Assembly: GCF_026571515.1 (NCBI RefSeq)
Contig: NW_026853013.1
Coordinates: 62,001 to 126,000 of the forward strand
Direction: 5' to 3'
Length of the DNA stretch: 64,000 bases
From: Ruditapes philippinarum
Lineage: Eukaryota
Shown: positions 40,000 to 54,300 of the stretch, one piece after another
How positions within the stretch are numbered: the stretch's first letter is position 1
How the letters are laid out: every line of letters begins with the position of its first letter
Notes under the pieces: model-generated
The model's input: only the letters and a program-made list of their open reading frames with translations
Databases searched by the model: none
Told to the model about the DNA's origin: nothing
Program-made: the position numbers and the translations under genes

Positions 40000-41754
40000 T
40001 GAAGCACTTTATTTGATTTTAAATGGTTTTTTTAAATCATGAAATTAACTAACATTTAATATGATAAAAACATCATACTATAAGAAAAGGTTTGTTTGAG
40101 AAAAACTACAGAATTTTGCTCGCAGATTCTACAAATTAGAACGAGACAAGAATATACTAACCAGCTTTTAAAACCAAACAAAGCTTTATTCTTGAATATT
40201 CATATATGACCTTGATCTCTCTATACAATAAAAATATTTAATTTTTGATTCAATAGCCAAACGAATAAATAATTATGTTAATTTTTATAACGCCAACATA
40301 CATAGCAAAATCTTGAAATCATTTTGAAAATCATTTTGAGTTCTGTAATTTTATTTTTAATGTTGATATTTTAAATATGTCACCTTTAAGTGGTTATACT
40401 AAAAGAAGGAAGTACGAGGAATCATGCAATGCGGTTCTATTTATACAAGCAGTAATACGTGTATATGTTTAATATTGGTCAACATTCTATATATAAAAAG
40501 TCAAATGTTTGAATTTCTGTCAAAACAATGTTGATTTATGTTTGTTAAATATGTCATTGGAATCAATACATTACGTTCCAATCAAAATAAGTAAAAATGT
40601 TTTGGGTAATATTGCAATATTAATGAATAAAATAAAATTAAAATAATAAATCATGATGGCATTGTAACTGGGCTTCATGTAGTCAAATAAGAAAAAAAGG
40701 CGTAATGCTAATATGACAGTTTGTATGGCATAAAACCCGTTCACGTCTTTATATTAGCCGAATAACTAATTTATTTTATATGGTAAGTTGCAACCAATTT
40801 ATGTCAGCCTTCTTTATCATGCATCATTTTCAAATGTTATCTTATACTATACATTGTCACCTTTGATAACAGAAGCATATTATCTTTATAAATATCATTA
40901 AATTTTTAGCGACTTCTTTTTATTATATCATTGTGATAAGATAACATTCATCATAGTTTTGTAATATTTATCTAAATTATGCAACTGTGATATTACTATA
41001 GTACGAGTATTAATTGATAAACATGGATTTAGATCTAACTTTTCATCCAATAAACAGCATTTTCAGTAAAGGCAAACTCAACAAAACAAATTTGAAAAAC
41101 TGAGTAAAAATAACATACTAGTTGTCATTCATCGGGTTCACTTGTTTTATTCGGAACTTAAATATCTACACCTAAAATACGAAATACGAAATGCAACACC
41201 AAATAATTGTCACGAATTGAACTGTGATTGATCTTATGACGTCATTTTGTAAGATTTGGTACATCCTGAAAAGTTATATTTTGTTGTTATAAACGAATGT
41301 CGAATTGCTTTTTGACTACTAATTATTTCATATAACCTATGTTCATAATACATTTTTACTTTGTCATTATAGTGATCTAAAACACTTTTCTAGGAATCTT
41401 GCTATCTTCATCAATATTGCTAACTTGTCTGGAAACGTTTGCATCCCAAAAGGCTTGTATCCCAAAAAAGTGTACTTTTTTGCAGTATTTTCCCAAGTTT
41501 TCTTCGAATTATCAATTTTTAAATACCAGGTGTCTTTTTTCTTCTTGTTATTTTGTTATGATAATTTTGATATTCGACGGATTGTATGAATACTAGTTTA
41601 CTTGTACCTGTAAATTTCTCTTCCAACTGGAAACAATCCGTTGGAAAAAAGATTCATTTGAAAAGTTTACGCTCGAATTCAAAACAGGCACCCAACGATT
41701 GTATTAAACATTCAAAGCTTTACCAAAGTAAAGGAACTGGATATTCGGAAACAT

Positions 41755-44700
41755 AAATCAGTCACAGTTATTTGCCTTTCGTTGACACAACAATAAGGGG
41801 AAGTAAATCCCATATAAAGATTGCCTGTGTTTAATGCCAGATATAAATGAATAATTGAATGAAAAGAGATAGAAAAAAAGGCCATTTTCTGACAGAATTC
41901 ATTTTCAAATATAGTTGTTAAATGCCAAATTTGATCCAGATTTTATGCGAGTAAGTATCATTTTTTAGTGTTTTTCTACATGACAGAAGAAACTCACATG
42001 GTTCCGGGCTAATTACTGAAAAACTGTCAGACTGAGTATTTTGAACTGAAATGCGCTGTGGAAAATGACTAATGATCCCTAGTTTTGCTATAGCTACGAA
42101 TTTATCTTGGATGGGTACGTAAGCCAAGTGACTTTGATTTGATTGGAGAGTTAGTAAAATTGCCACAGGTTTAATGTTTTAATAGAACATATAGTGAAAT
42201 TAATTGTGGTCTGAGGCCTGATTAGAAGCTTGTTTTTACATGGAGTAAAATCTGTTTGACAGGTAATAAGCTTTATCATTTTTTTAGTGCAAATTTTAAT
42301 GAAACTTGGGTCATGAAGCAGATAATTGATGTATAAATTCTGAGTTTGTAATTAATTACCACAAGTGCTTTTTATTTTCTATTTGTATTATGTAATTTAT
42401 ATAATTAATATATACATTTTTTTTTAAAAATCTCAAAAAGCTACTTTCAGTTAAGAAATGTCTGTTTAAATATAGCCAGGAGGTCATTTCCTGTACCAGG
42501 TATACAGCCTCCCTTTAAATACACAAAGTTTTAAAATGGAAGCTTTTTTAAAAAAATTATTTATAAAAGAATCGAATTGAAAATCTGTGCTTAAACAGAC
42601 AGGGCTGTATAATATGGGCAGGGTGTATAAAGAAAGGACCAGATGGGCTATCGGTATTATACATTATTTCCAAAGTTTCCCTGATGCACAGTGGCACACC
42701 AGTTCATGTTCATAAACTTCTTTTACCTGGTTCACAATTAAAATTCCTGTATTTGAACCAGACCTTATTAGAGGTCTCGCCCACCTGTGCCACGTGCCAC
42801 TGTTGTGTCGCGTGCTAACCATTTGAGCCCACTTGCACCAAATACCGGAAAGGCTTAAGTCGTGTGAACCCTGGGCCATTTGCTGCAGCCTGGGGTATAC
42901 CGAGAGCTGTTTTATTTGTTTTTGAGGTAAGTAAATCGCTTTGTTAAAGAGAACATATTTAAGGGTGTTTGATGGCCCCGGGATAAATGTTTGGTGCGTG
43001 CTTACGTGTCCTTTCATTTATTCTGTTGCATATTTCCCCTTTTTGTCCTACATTTTAAAGGGTTTTCCCATTAAAAAATCCTACAAGAATGTTTCTGTCC
43101 CCTTTTTTTTTTACTTTTAAAACAATAACAGTGTATTTTTAAATAAAAATTTGGAGTTAAAAATGTTTCTTAGCCTTTTAATTAATTGGGGAAAAAACAG
43201 CCATAGCCAAAGAAAAACTTGTTTAATTTTATTAAAACCCCCTATTGGCTTGCAAAAAAATGCTAAAGGGTTTTTTATTTAAAAATTAATATAAAATTTT
43301 TTCACAGTGTAAAATAAAACAAAGAATTTAAACCAAAATTTTAAAATATCGCAGGTTATGTAGGAATTAAAAGAATGAAATATGAAATTTTGCTTTAAAA
43401 GGAATAGTCCCCTCAAATTTTTAAAATAAACCCAATTTTTTAAAGGGTTTGAATTTCAGGTCTGTACACAGACAGGCACATTTGTTTAAGCTGGGTTGTC
43501 TTCCGTAGCCGCAACCCAAATATTTTATTCCCCACTGAAGAAAAACATGTTTGTTTATACTGTTTATATCCCAAAGGAGATTTTATTTATAGATTTTGCT
43601 GAAAGTAAGTATGTTGCTGTTTTTGCCTCCCTTTTGGATGTTGATGGTGTTAGTTTTCCCAACTGACCTTTCCTGTTAATAATGATATCCTGTAGAGGTT
43701 GGTCTTCTTGATTTTCAGGATGTATCATGGAGGTTGTTCTACCCTTTGATAAAAGTTTGCTGTTTTAACTGTTTCAGGTGTTTTTTTAATACTGTCCTCT
43801 GAATTATTGTTTCTTCTCTTTTGGGCATTTGGGTGTAGGGCCCAAATAAGGCTGCTTTTCAGAGAGAACGAAAATCCCTTTAAACACCCCAATTTTCTCA
43901 GCGCTGTCCGCAAACAAACCGTTAGTTAAGCGGGCAAAATGTAAACTGAAGGGGTCCAAGAACATTTCCCTCGAAATTTTATTAAATTTTTTGGGTTTGC
44001 GACACAACAATTGATAGAAACACCCCCTTTCACGGTTTTTGCTTCTGGGGCCCAAAAATTTTTCCCGTTTTGATAGCGCTCCCCACTTATTTTTCATTTA
44101 AACTATTTCAAAAAAATTAATTTTTTGGTCAAATTTCTTTTTGTAAGGCACAAAATTTTAATTCTATTTTTGGCTTGGATGGGGAACATGGGGCGGGGTT
44201 TTTAAACCCGTTTGTTTTTTACTCCAAAACCAAACAACGTTGAGTTTTCGGGCTAAAACTTAAAAGCAGGTTTCCCCCGCTTAAACAGTTTTTCCCCTGA
44301 GCATCCAGAACATATTTTTGGGAAAATTTTTTTTTGATAAAAAATATTCATAAATTTTCCCGTAATTGAATTCCTTATCAATCTTTTTTTTAGTATAAAA
44401 GTTACATTTTTTAAGCCTAATTGCCTGGTTTAATTGGCCCTTCTGTTTTTTTTCATGCCCTTTTTGCACAATTATTTTTTTTAAACTTCAACAATTTCTC
44501 ATGGGCCCAACAGGAAAATTTTTTCGTGTTTTTCTTGATAATGAAGGTCCAAGGGCGCACTTGGTTGCAACAGCATTGCCAAATTCTTTTAGAGCTCCCC
44601 CTTTTCCATCTGCAAATAAAGGGGTGGGGTGGGCCTGGAAATTCATCAACAAGTCAAATCTGGTGATAGATCTCTTAGGGGTCAAATATCTACATGACAA

Positions 44701-46175
44701 GAGTTTTCAAAAAATTCAAGCCCTTTATTTCCACGGGTGAGTTCCTTTTTCTTTAACCCACTAATTTTTTTTTTCCGGGCGCCTCGCATAAATTGTTTTC
44801 AGCCCGTTGGGTTTTTTTAGATGGAAGGGTAAATTGCTTTTTGATAAAGAGTAGGAGGCTGCGGGTCCATATTTATTACGGGGTTTAAATTGAAATACGG
44901 GGAAATTTCTCCAAAGGTGGTTTTCAAGAATCACCCAGAGGACCCAGACTTTCAGCATTCCTGCTGGTGGTTTTGATTTTAAAGTTACCTTTTGGGTTTT
45001 AACAAGTTGTGGTGTTGGGAATGTCTGTGATTTGGGCCACATTTTCTGAGCAGCCACCTTGGGGAGGTTAAAATTATTTAGGCAGGTGACACTTTTCTAC
45101 TGGACCATAATTTTTGAACCAGTCTCGATTATATTTAAAAAATGAAAACATCATTTTAAGGGGAAAAAAAAAATATGGACAAAGCCTTTTATCAAAAGAA
45201 TAAACCGAATTGACAAAATGAAGAATTTTACAAAAATAAAAAAGTAAATGCAGTTATAGTAAATTATGATAATATAGTCAAATTTTTTGATATTTTTTGG
45301 GTACTAAAACGATATTTTAAGAAAAAAAGTTTAAATTTATGTTAAAGTTGTTTTAAGATGCATATATTTAAGTAATTATTGGAATCACCTGATGAGAAAT
45401 TACCTTTTATTTCATGAAAATATCCAAGTAATTAAAAAAGTTTATTGCAATTTTAGTTTTAGAGTACTTTTAATTTGATAAGCTGCGGCCTACGGCATCC
45501 AGGGCTGAATGGTACCTATGGTTACATAACAGGCCGTGAATTCATCAGTATATGTGGGATTAAGAGTCGAAACTTTTCCAGGAATAATATGAGATAGCCT
45601 AGGAATGATGTATGCAAAATTTTATTTATGGGATCAGATTGTAACATATTTTGAGTAAATAGGAATCAGTCCACAGATTATTTGCCTTTCGTTGAACCAC
45701 AATAAGGAATAAAAGATTTGGCCTGTTTTTTTTAATGCCAGCATATAAATGAATATAATTGAATGAAGAGATAGAAAAAAGGCCAAATTCCTGACCAGAA
45801 TTTCGATTTTCAAAAATAGTTGTTAAATTGCCAATTATTTGATCCCAGATTTTATGCGAGGTAAGTATTTTTTTAAGTGTTTATTCTTCACATGACAGAA
45901 CTCACATTGGTTCCGGCTTATATACTGAAAAACTGTCAGACTGATGGGTAATTTTGAATGAAATGCTGTGGAAAAATGACATGAATGCGGGGAAAACCAA
46001 ACCCCTTTGGGTTTTTTACTATAGCTTTAGGGAGAATTATTTTAACATTGGGATTGGTTACTTTTTTAGCACAAATGACTTTGATTGATTTGATGAGTTA
46101 GTAAAATTGCCAAAAGGTTTAATGTTTATAATAAGAACATATAGTGAAATTAATTTGATGGTCTTGAGGGCCCCA
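41755..46175 (-). mobile_element. 4.4-kb insertion with ~460-bp direct terminal repeats and ISL2EU-like DDE transposase and YqaJ exonuclease remnants
   Basis: Absent from copy A (cggaacATgtatg at ~11765). Direct repeats at 41756-42218 and 45664-46174. Minus-strand remnants: WP..VILE..KP...AASYS.SKS..PNG and DLLMNFQAH.PLFADGKG (DDE_Tnp_4-like), then GIFVLSEKQPYLGPTP and HTYFQQ (YqaJ-like). The sequence is error-rich, so the family call is tentative. Confidence 0.6.
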
Positions 46176-46252
46176 ATGTATGGCGCATTATTCGAATTTC
46201 CCCACTGATTGGGTACAATAAACAAAATTTTTCATTTTATCTCAATAGCATA

Positions 46253-47716
46253 CAAGAAAAGCCCATTGATGCAAAGCCATCAAAGGGCGTCCAAGCACAA
46301 GAAAATGCAGCAAGTTGAAGATGAACTAGTTTAGAATATATGATGACAAGATATTCTTTAATTAAAACAACCAGAAAAATGTATATCACTTATGAATGAG
46401 CGGCACGAAAGACATTGTTCATTATGATCTTTGATTGGCCATTGACTAGAGATTAGAATAGTTACTTGTTCTGGTTATTTAATAGCAACAGATATACATG
46501 TATACAATCATTTATAATCCATATGTGTAACGCATGATCAACACGCTTACCACACCTTTGTAATTGTCCCTTATTATGTTATCGCTATTAGTGAAGACCC
46601 CCTCTTAAGGTATCTGTTCACACTTAGTAAAAATATGACACTGATTATATAACCATGTTGATCATGTTGAGCATAATTGTTTATTATACAATAAATGTAA
46701 TATCTATTAATTTTAATAAAAAAACATACACATTTTATGAATATTGTTTTCTTTTCTTTTTGTGTTTTATGTGCTATTTTTAATACTGAGTTTTTACTAC
46801 TCTTTTTTTTTATTAAAATTGTAAAAAAAAACTTTAAGAATTCAATTGTCGACGATTATAAGTCAAAACTTAACTGGAAAAAGTCAGTAAATTATGGTTT
46901 ATCTTTCAATATATAATATTGTTTATTCTTAAACCATGTACATGTACATTTGTATTTTTCTTTACCATTTTTTAAATTATCAATCAGTTGAATAATTCAT
47001 AAAATCTAATTCGTAACTTTGAATAATTCCTAGTCATCTTTACTAAACACGGATAACAAATTAAATAAAATGTTTCAAAGTTGATAATGTCATATTAATT
47101 CCATACAAATGTACATTTTTCTCAGTTATTGTACATTTTTATTGTTTTTATCTCATATAGATAAAATGAAACATGCTATTGTTGTTGTTTCGTTCTTTTT
47201 TAATTGTAACGATATCAAACATCTACTCCAAAACCGGGAGAGACCGGACAATAAACGTGTGGTACTATTCGCCGGTCACTAGTAAATCCCGGTCAAAATA
47301 GACCGGGAGAGACCGGTAATTACCGATAGGAGTGATAAATAGATATATCTATAAATAAATTTTCGGAATATTTAGGTTATCAACTGATCATTCTAGGATA
47401 CATGTACAACAATAAAATACCATGATAACCCACTGTGTACTACAAAATGATAAATAAAAAAACCCCGAAGAGCGCGATTTTTTGACGGGAAAGGTTATTT
47501 CATTTGAAAATGTTTGCATTGCGAAAATTCTCTAGTTCGCTATTCATTGTAACATATCGCGACATTTCATTCTTAATTAATAATCAATCACCCTCATACC
47601 GATCGGAATGATCGGCTTTTATTATGACTGACTAAAAGGCTCGAGAAGTTGCTGTCGCCCTTTCACAAAATCTGATTTCATTCCATAAGGGCGCCGCGCT
47701 TCGGCGCGGACGCCAA
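46253..47716. mobile_element. Helentron/HINE-like non-autonomous element, ~1.46 kb
   Basis: Empty site gcata|atatgg in copy A, with no TSD and insertion at AA/TT. It begins ACAAG, hairpin, GGCGTCC. It ends in the GC hairpin GGCGCCGCGCTTCGGCGCGGACGCCA containing the inverted GGACGCC. Confidence 0.7.
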
Positions 47717-50700
47717 ATATGGTTTAGGCTGAGTGTGTATCCTCATCCTTATGATTTATTTACATCACTTAAAAATAGTGTGAACAGTAGAATTACAAAA
47801 CTGAGAATAAACCTTGGATACATTTGTTTTAATGACGTTTTAATGAAGTAATATTTGAATAATTTATACGTACATTGTAGAATAGAATAGTTAGATATCT
47901 ATCATTTGTGGTACGTGAAAGTGTTCACTTCGCCACTGAACAAGACATCAAGCTATACATATGCTTTCTAGATGAACGCCAAACTTTTGACCGAGTATGG
48001 CATCAGAGCTTTCAATATAGACTACATGAAACAGGCATCGACAGCACTTCGTTTCTTATCTTTGAAGAAATGTATAGGTAAATTTCAAATACCGTCAGAA
48101 ATAATTAAGGTTACGTATCCAATCCGATTTCAATGCACCAAAGCACACGTCAAGGCAGAAAAAGCTCACAGTAATTATATTTGTACTTCATAAATGGACT
48201 AATCAAAGAGCTTGAGACTTGTTGAGCTGGTTTTTGTATGTACAGTATGAACATTTGTGCACCGACGGTAGCACATGACATAATACCTGTTGCTTTCTCT
48301 AAATGAGGACTTGAACATAATTATGTTAACTATATGCAGTGAATGTTCATGTTAAACGCGCTACGATTACAATTCAGAAAAGTCCAGGGTCATTGTGTTT
48401 AACAGTAGTTACAAGCGCCCAGCGGTTGGTGTGGACATTAGGGTCACATTACTTGAATGAAGTTGACGAATACAAACACCTTGAGATTACTTGTGATAAA
48501 AAATTATCTGCAAAGAAATTCAAACAAGAAGCGTGTTCAAAACTTAGAAGAAACTACTTAAGAATTGTGAACAGTGGTCTACACCCGGAAGGTCTAAATC
48601 TGTAAATAATGGGGGTTTCCTCCAGATGTATACAGAATTTCTTCTGAAAATCAACCTATATCTTGTGTTACAAACGTACACCTCGACCAGAAGATTTCCA
48701 TCTAAATGTCATAACCAGATGTGTATCGATGCCTGCTAAATATGAAATACTTAACGCCCTTTTGGAACTTTGACCATCAGCTCCAGAGTTCCTTCCAAAT
48801 GTCAAGAATCCATGTTTTTTCTCGTGAAATATATTCATAAGAGAAGCGGCTTTGGATTATGTCCCTTGTATCGGTCGTCGAGAACTTAGTCTCTAGACAA
48901 TACACTCAGAGTTGGTCATTGTGCAACGTCATGTGCTTCAATATCCTTGACCATTTCTAAACTTTTGTTATGAGGTGATAGATATCCGATTATCACTTTG
49001 TGCCTACATGTTTGAAACTATGGGGATAAATGCGTATGCAGAATGAATAATGTGTGCTTGAGAAAGACAGACTGATAAGCTTATAGCGTTGGCGTTTAAT
49101 CAATCGATTTGCCGTCAGTACACACCCATAAAGATGCTCCATGACATATTTAGAAATACATTTACCCGATTTTATGTGTTAAAGTTTGGAACTGTGTAAT
49201 GTATATTTACGAACTTATTTGTTTTAATGCTATACTAGTATACTAACTTTTAAAGGTTATTTGTACATGATTTTTACAATATTGTATTAGCAATTTTATC
49301 AAAGTGTCAAATACCTTATGTCATTTCAGAAGCCTATACTTTTTTTCGATTCGATCAGCATAGGCTATCGTTTAATATGGCAGACCTGGTAGCATAAAAT
49401 ATGCTTAATATAGACCAAGTTCTTAGAGTAATTTCGTTTGCGGCTTTAAGATATTGAATCTATATAAGGCATAATGTTTTATTTTAAAGGAAATACACGA
49501 ATCTATTTGCAAAAATCGTAAACAGTTATTTAAAGTTAAAATGCAATAACCAAGTGGAAGTAATAGTAATATTTCTATACTAGCATTAATATATATTGTT
49601 CAATTCTCTTGAATGGTGTCTTATTGACTCTAATATGACAATGTTAATATCGTTATATTGTACATTTGTACTTTACTTGTATACTAAAAAAATACAACAA
49701 TTTTCCAAACTTGCCTCTTCATGCTCAGAGAAATTTAAGCATATTTTATTCAATTTCGATAATAAATTACTGTTAAATATCCAACACAAAGCTATTTGCA
49801 CTAACTACCATTTAAAATTTATTGTTAAATACAATTGTTAAACAAATTTTCTAATTCTATGCTTAAAGTTCAACTATGAGTTATATGCATTCTTTTGTGT
49901 AGAGTAACTTTATGGAATTCAAATATCTAATAGCTTATGCTCATAATATTACAATTGCATGTATTTTTACTAGAACGGTCGTTGGGTCTATTATTAGGAA
50001 TCATGAACGTGGTTTATGTACGCTGTATATTATGTCAATAGCTTTATACTTATTTGTTTTTCATGTATACATGTTGTACTCTTCAAATTTGAAGGAATAA
50101 TAGAATATATCTATATTGATCATACAAGACAGGCGAGTTTGCGAAAGATGAGAGCATAATCGGAGATTTCTTCAAAATCGATAAGTGAACATGATTTCAG
50201 TATTATATCATCGAATCTCTTAATGGAAGACAAAGAAAAGTGAAATATCTCTAAAGTCACCATTTCATTAACATTTCATTGAAGTAGACGTCAATGCTCC
50301 AAGAGGACTGAAAAATAGAATGTTTATAGCTACATTCACTCACTTAATACCAACACTTTCAGTGTAAAGGAAAGAAATTGAAAAAAATGCAAAAACCAAA
50401 CCCATAATCTATTACAAATGGTGTAAAAATACGTAACAAAAATAGTATGTTATTATATATCGGATCATAAATATAAGTGTCAGTCTGATTATGAATATTT
50501 CAATAAGTTTGAAATTTCGAAAATAAGTTTACTCATCTGAAGGCATGTAGTTTGATTTTTTTTCAAAGGATCGACGTCATAAATCCACGCAGTTGAAAAT
50601 TCAAAAGTATTATCCGATCATTACAAAACAAAATGCAAAAAAGTGTTCTTTATATATCGATATCAAGACTTATACAAAACAATCTACGTAAAGAAGATAT

Positions 50701-51383
50701 TTATCATAAATTATAACATGAGTAGTATGTCTAAATACCACGCAAGTTCGATAGATAACTATGTCAGTAATACAATATATCTACTTTTAATTTGAGTTGT
50801 TTCCCTTGACATCAAACAATCTACTTATCTATTTATAATATCTCTACTCAAATTCTATTATCAGATTATATATGACCATGTGCATATTGTACATTGCAAC
50901 TTTCTTTTTTCCGAATCAGGAAGAATATTTCAAAGCAGTCAGTGATAATTCACTATCTACCGAAACATTAATTGTTTAACATTTGATAATAATTATGTCT
51001 CTCTTATTGTTTGATTAGCCCTTAATCTGTACTGTATCAGATTTATTTTTAACTTATCAGTTCAACACGCGAGTTTTGAGTATATTTGTTATCTATTATA
51101 TCACGTCCGCTAAATCACATCAACTAGCTATTGGTACGGTTTTGGGAAAGGCCAAGGTGATACTACTGGATATTAACTTTTTGCACCATCTTTCTGTACG
51201 GGTATGTAGATGTGTTATATTGTGTTTCAAGTGTGTACAAACGTTTTGTTTTTTATTATTTCAACGTTGTTTCGGTATAACTCTTACGTGTACATATCGT
51301 TAATATAACGAGGAAGTTTATTTGTTAATTTTTACCGCTGTGAACTGTAAATTAAAAGAAAAAAGAAATGGACAAACCGCAAA

Positions 51384-54300
51384 ATGAGCAACAAGACTAA
51401 CACTACACCGGTTACGTATGAAGATCCGGTGTTGTATATTTCCGTGATCAGTAGTAGTCTTTCTATATTAGGATCGTTTGCTATATTTGGATCATATTTT
51501 CTGATACCGGAAATAAGAAATTCTACACGGAAGCTTGTCACGTGCCTTACTGTTGCAGACTTCATATCAGCAGTCGGTAATTATATGGTTTATTATGTTT
51601 ATCCCAATACAAATTGAGAAAATTTACATAATATTTTTATACAAAGCAATATGGGTAATTTTGAGGATTGCTTGTTAAACATAGGATGTATGACAGCATT
51701 GTACTTACCAGTTACTAAGGTCAGAGATAGCACTTTTTTGAAACTTTGCGTAATTACATCCCTGCGACTTTCGAATTACTTAAAATATAAACAGCAAGAT
51801 AAACAATTAAGGAAGGATGGCATTCAATAAACGCATCCTCTAACACCTAACACGACACAGCAACACAGAAAAACTCAACGAACACACTCAAACAGGACTA
51901 GTTATAAAATTGGAATCGTCTTGATAAAATTAAAAAGAAATTTTGAAAGGAGCATATGAATTTAAAAACGTTGCAAAGAATTATACACATATAATTTATA
52001 CTATTTTGGTTTGATCAAGAAAATCACAAATTTCAGCCAAACTCTTGCACATACTTACGTTTTTTAAAAACATTTTTGAAGGATAAATAATGATAATAAT
52101 ATTTGGAGAAATATCTTTTGTATTTTCAGGGTACCTCGTATCGGGTATAGCGCACTTTGCAAATGTTCAGGACAGTGTGTGCACTATTCAAAGCGGCATT
52201 ACAACATACTCTAGCATTGTTTCCTTTTATCTTACCGTTGCCATAGCAATTCATATATTTGTCGCCGTGGTATACAGAAATGATAGCACGTCATCGTTGC
52301 AGTATTTCATATGCGCTAATGCAGTCAGTTGGGTTTGTCCAGGTAATGATAATATATCAATATGGCAAAGAATGTACATTTTATATAACGGCCAAAAAAC
52401 AAATTGTCTAAAAAACTGAATCAGAGCATTGTTATTCTTTGTTTAATTATGACAGAATGTACAATTTGCATTGATTTTTGAATAGTTACCAAATTTCATT
52501 GTTTTATACAATAAATCATTAAGCGCTTACAATTTATGTATAAAATTGCAATTATAATAATGAGTATTATGTAAGCCTATACATATATAATAATCATATA
52601 TTGTTACTTCATTACCTTTACCTGCAGAAATAAAGCATTTTGCACCACAATAGAGCACAACCAGCATGCATACATATCCATGTTGTTTTTATTAGCTCAA
52701 TTTTGCAATCAGACTTTGAATGATCTATTTCTAAGTTTTAAAGCAGGGCAAATTCATCACACACACAAAAACTCTTCAGTGGGTTAAGGGTTAATTCCTA
52801 GAGGTAGATTTAAGTAACATTTAAGTACAATCTATATATTACTGTACAGGTATTATAACAGTGGTTGCTATGACAAAACACGTGCTTGGAAGAGACGGTC
52901 ACTCAAGCGTCAACACGGGTCCTTGGTGCTGGATATCACATGCAAAACATGACTACGTCTTCTGGGTATTTATGGCGGGAAAGGGATGGGAGTTTTTATG
53001 TTACCTGATAACAACATCTCTTTATGTCCTGTCGCAATTTTACAGGGTAAGTAGATAAGGTATCTATGAATCATTCATTTACAATATGCTCATAGTATTA
53101 ATCCACGTATTAGTACACATTTGCGTGGCTGAATCCACAGGGATAAGACGCTTTTATCTGATATTATCCCCTATCTGACCCCCTCCCACCAGTCCCTGTT
53201 ACAATCCTCAAAAATATTATCTCAAGTCAATTTTCACATTTAATATTCATTACAACAATAATATGACACTATTTTACATTTTTCATTATACCTCTATATA
53301 ATTAGTTATACAAGGGTAGCAACTCCTTCGCCCTTCCAGTGCTTTGATTCTACCCAAGTTTACACTCAGCCAAATCTCTATATATTTTTAAAAACTTGGT
53401 CTCGATCAATACACTATAGATATATGTATGCAATGACATTTTCCATATTACCTTATTATCTTCCAAGACAGAAAAAGAATAAGTTTCAGCATTAAAACAA
53501 TGATAAAAGAATTACAACATCTCAAAGATTATGTAATATTTGTTATTCTAATCAATTGGAAGACGAAATGCACTGTTCCGTGTGTTGTTATTATTTTAAT
53601 AGCAAAGCAGAACCGTTGTTTAACAAATAAGTTGAGATATTAAGTAAAAAAACACATTACCTTGTTAAATACAGAGCAAAATGTGTTTGAATAATGTACT
53701 CTGAAACCACTGGCATTTTATGTTAAAGAATTTTCAATATGATAGAAGAACAATACTATTAGCTTTATAAGTCTGTCGGATTGTCGAACACTGTAAAAAT
53801 CTGGAAACAAGGTGATTTCTCAGGAAGCATTTATCACAACAAAATTACATGAAAATTGCAGACTCGGTTTGATTGAGTCTGAACATGGGGGATAATGAAT
53901 AATGAATAAGTGCAACATACCTCACGCTCTCTAGCATTAATTTGTACACCTTATTTTGACATTATTTCACTTATGCTATCCATGATTTCGTTACACCTTA
54001 TTTTGACTTTAATTGGCTCAATAATTTTTCTTCCCCTAATAAGTCATATAATATATTTGTCATATATCAAACAGCTGTTTCTTTGTTTTCAGTTCTTAAA
54101 ATACAGACGGTGGACATTAAGGGAAATACATGAAAATTTACGTGTTGAAGACAAAAATTACCTTTATGTGTGGTTTTTGCTTTATATACTCCGAATGTGG
54201 GGATCAATACGCTCCATGTTGAATCTAGGTCACGTGGATTCAGAGACGCCCGGATCAATGATCTCACATGTATTTATGTACCTGCAAGCGTTTGGGGATC

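Noticed and set aside
41755-46175. LTR retrotransposon interpretation of the direct repeats
   Set aside because: No TG...CA ends, 4-6 bp TSD, PBS/PPT or RT/integrase motifs were recognised; the remnants look like DDE + YqaJ.
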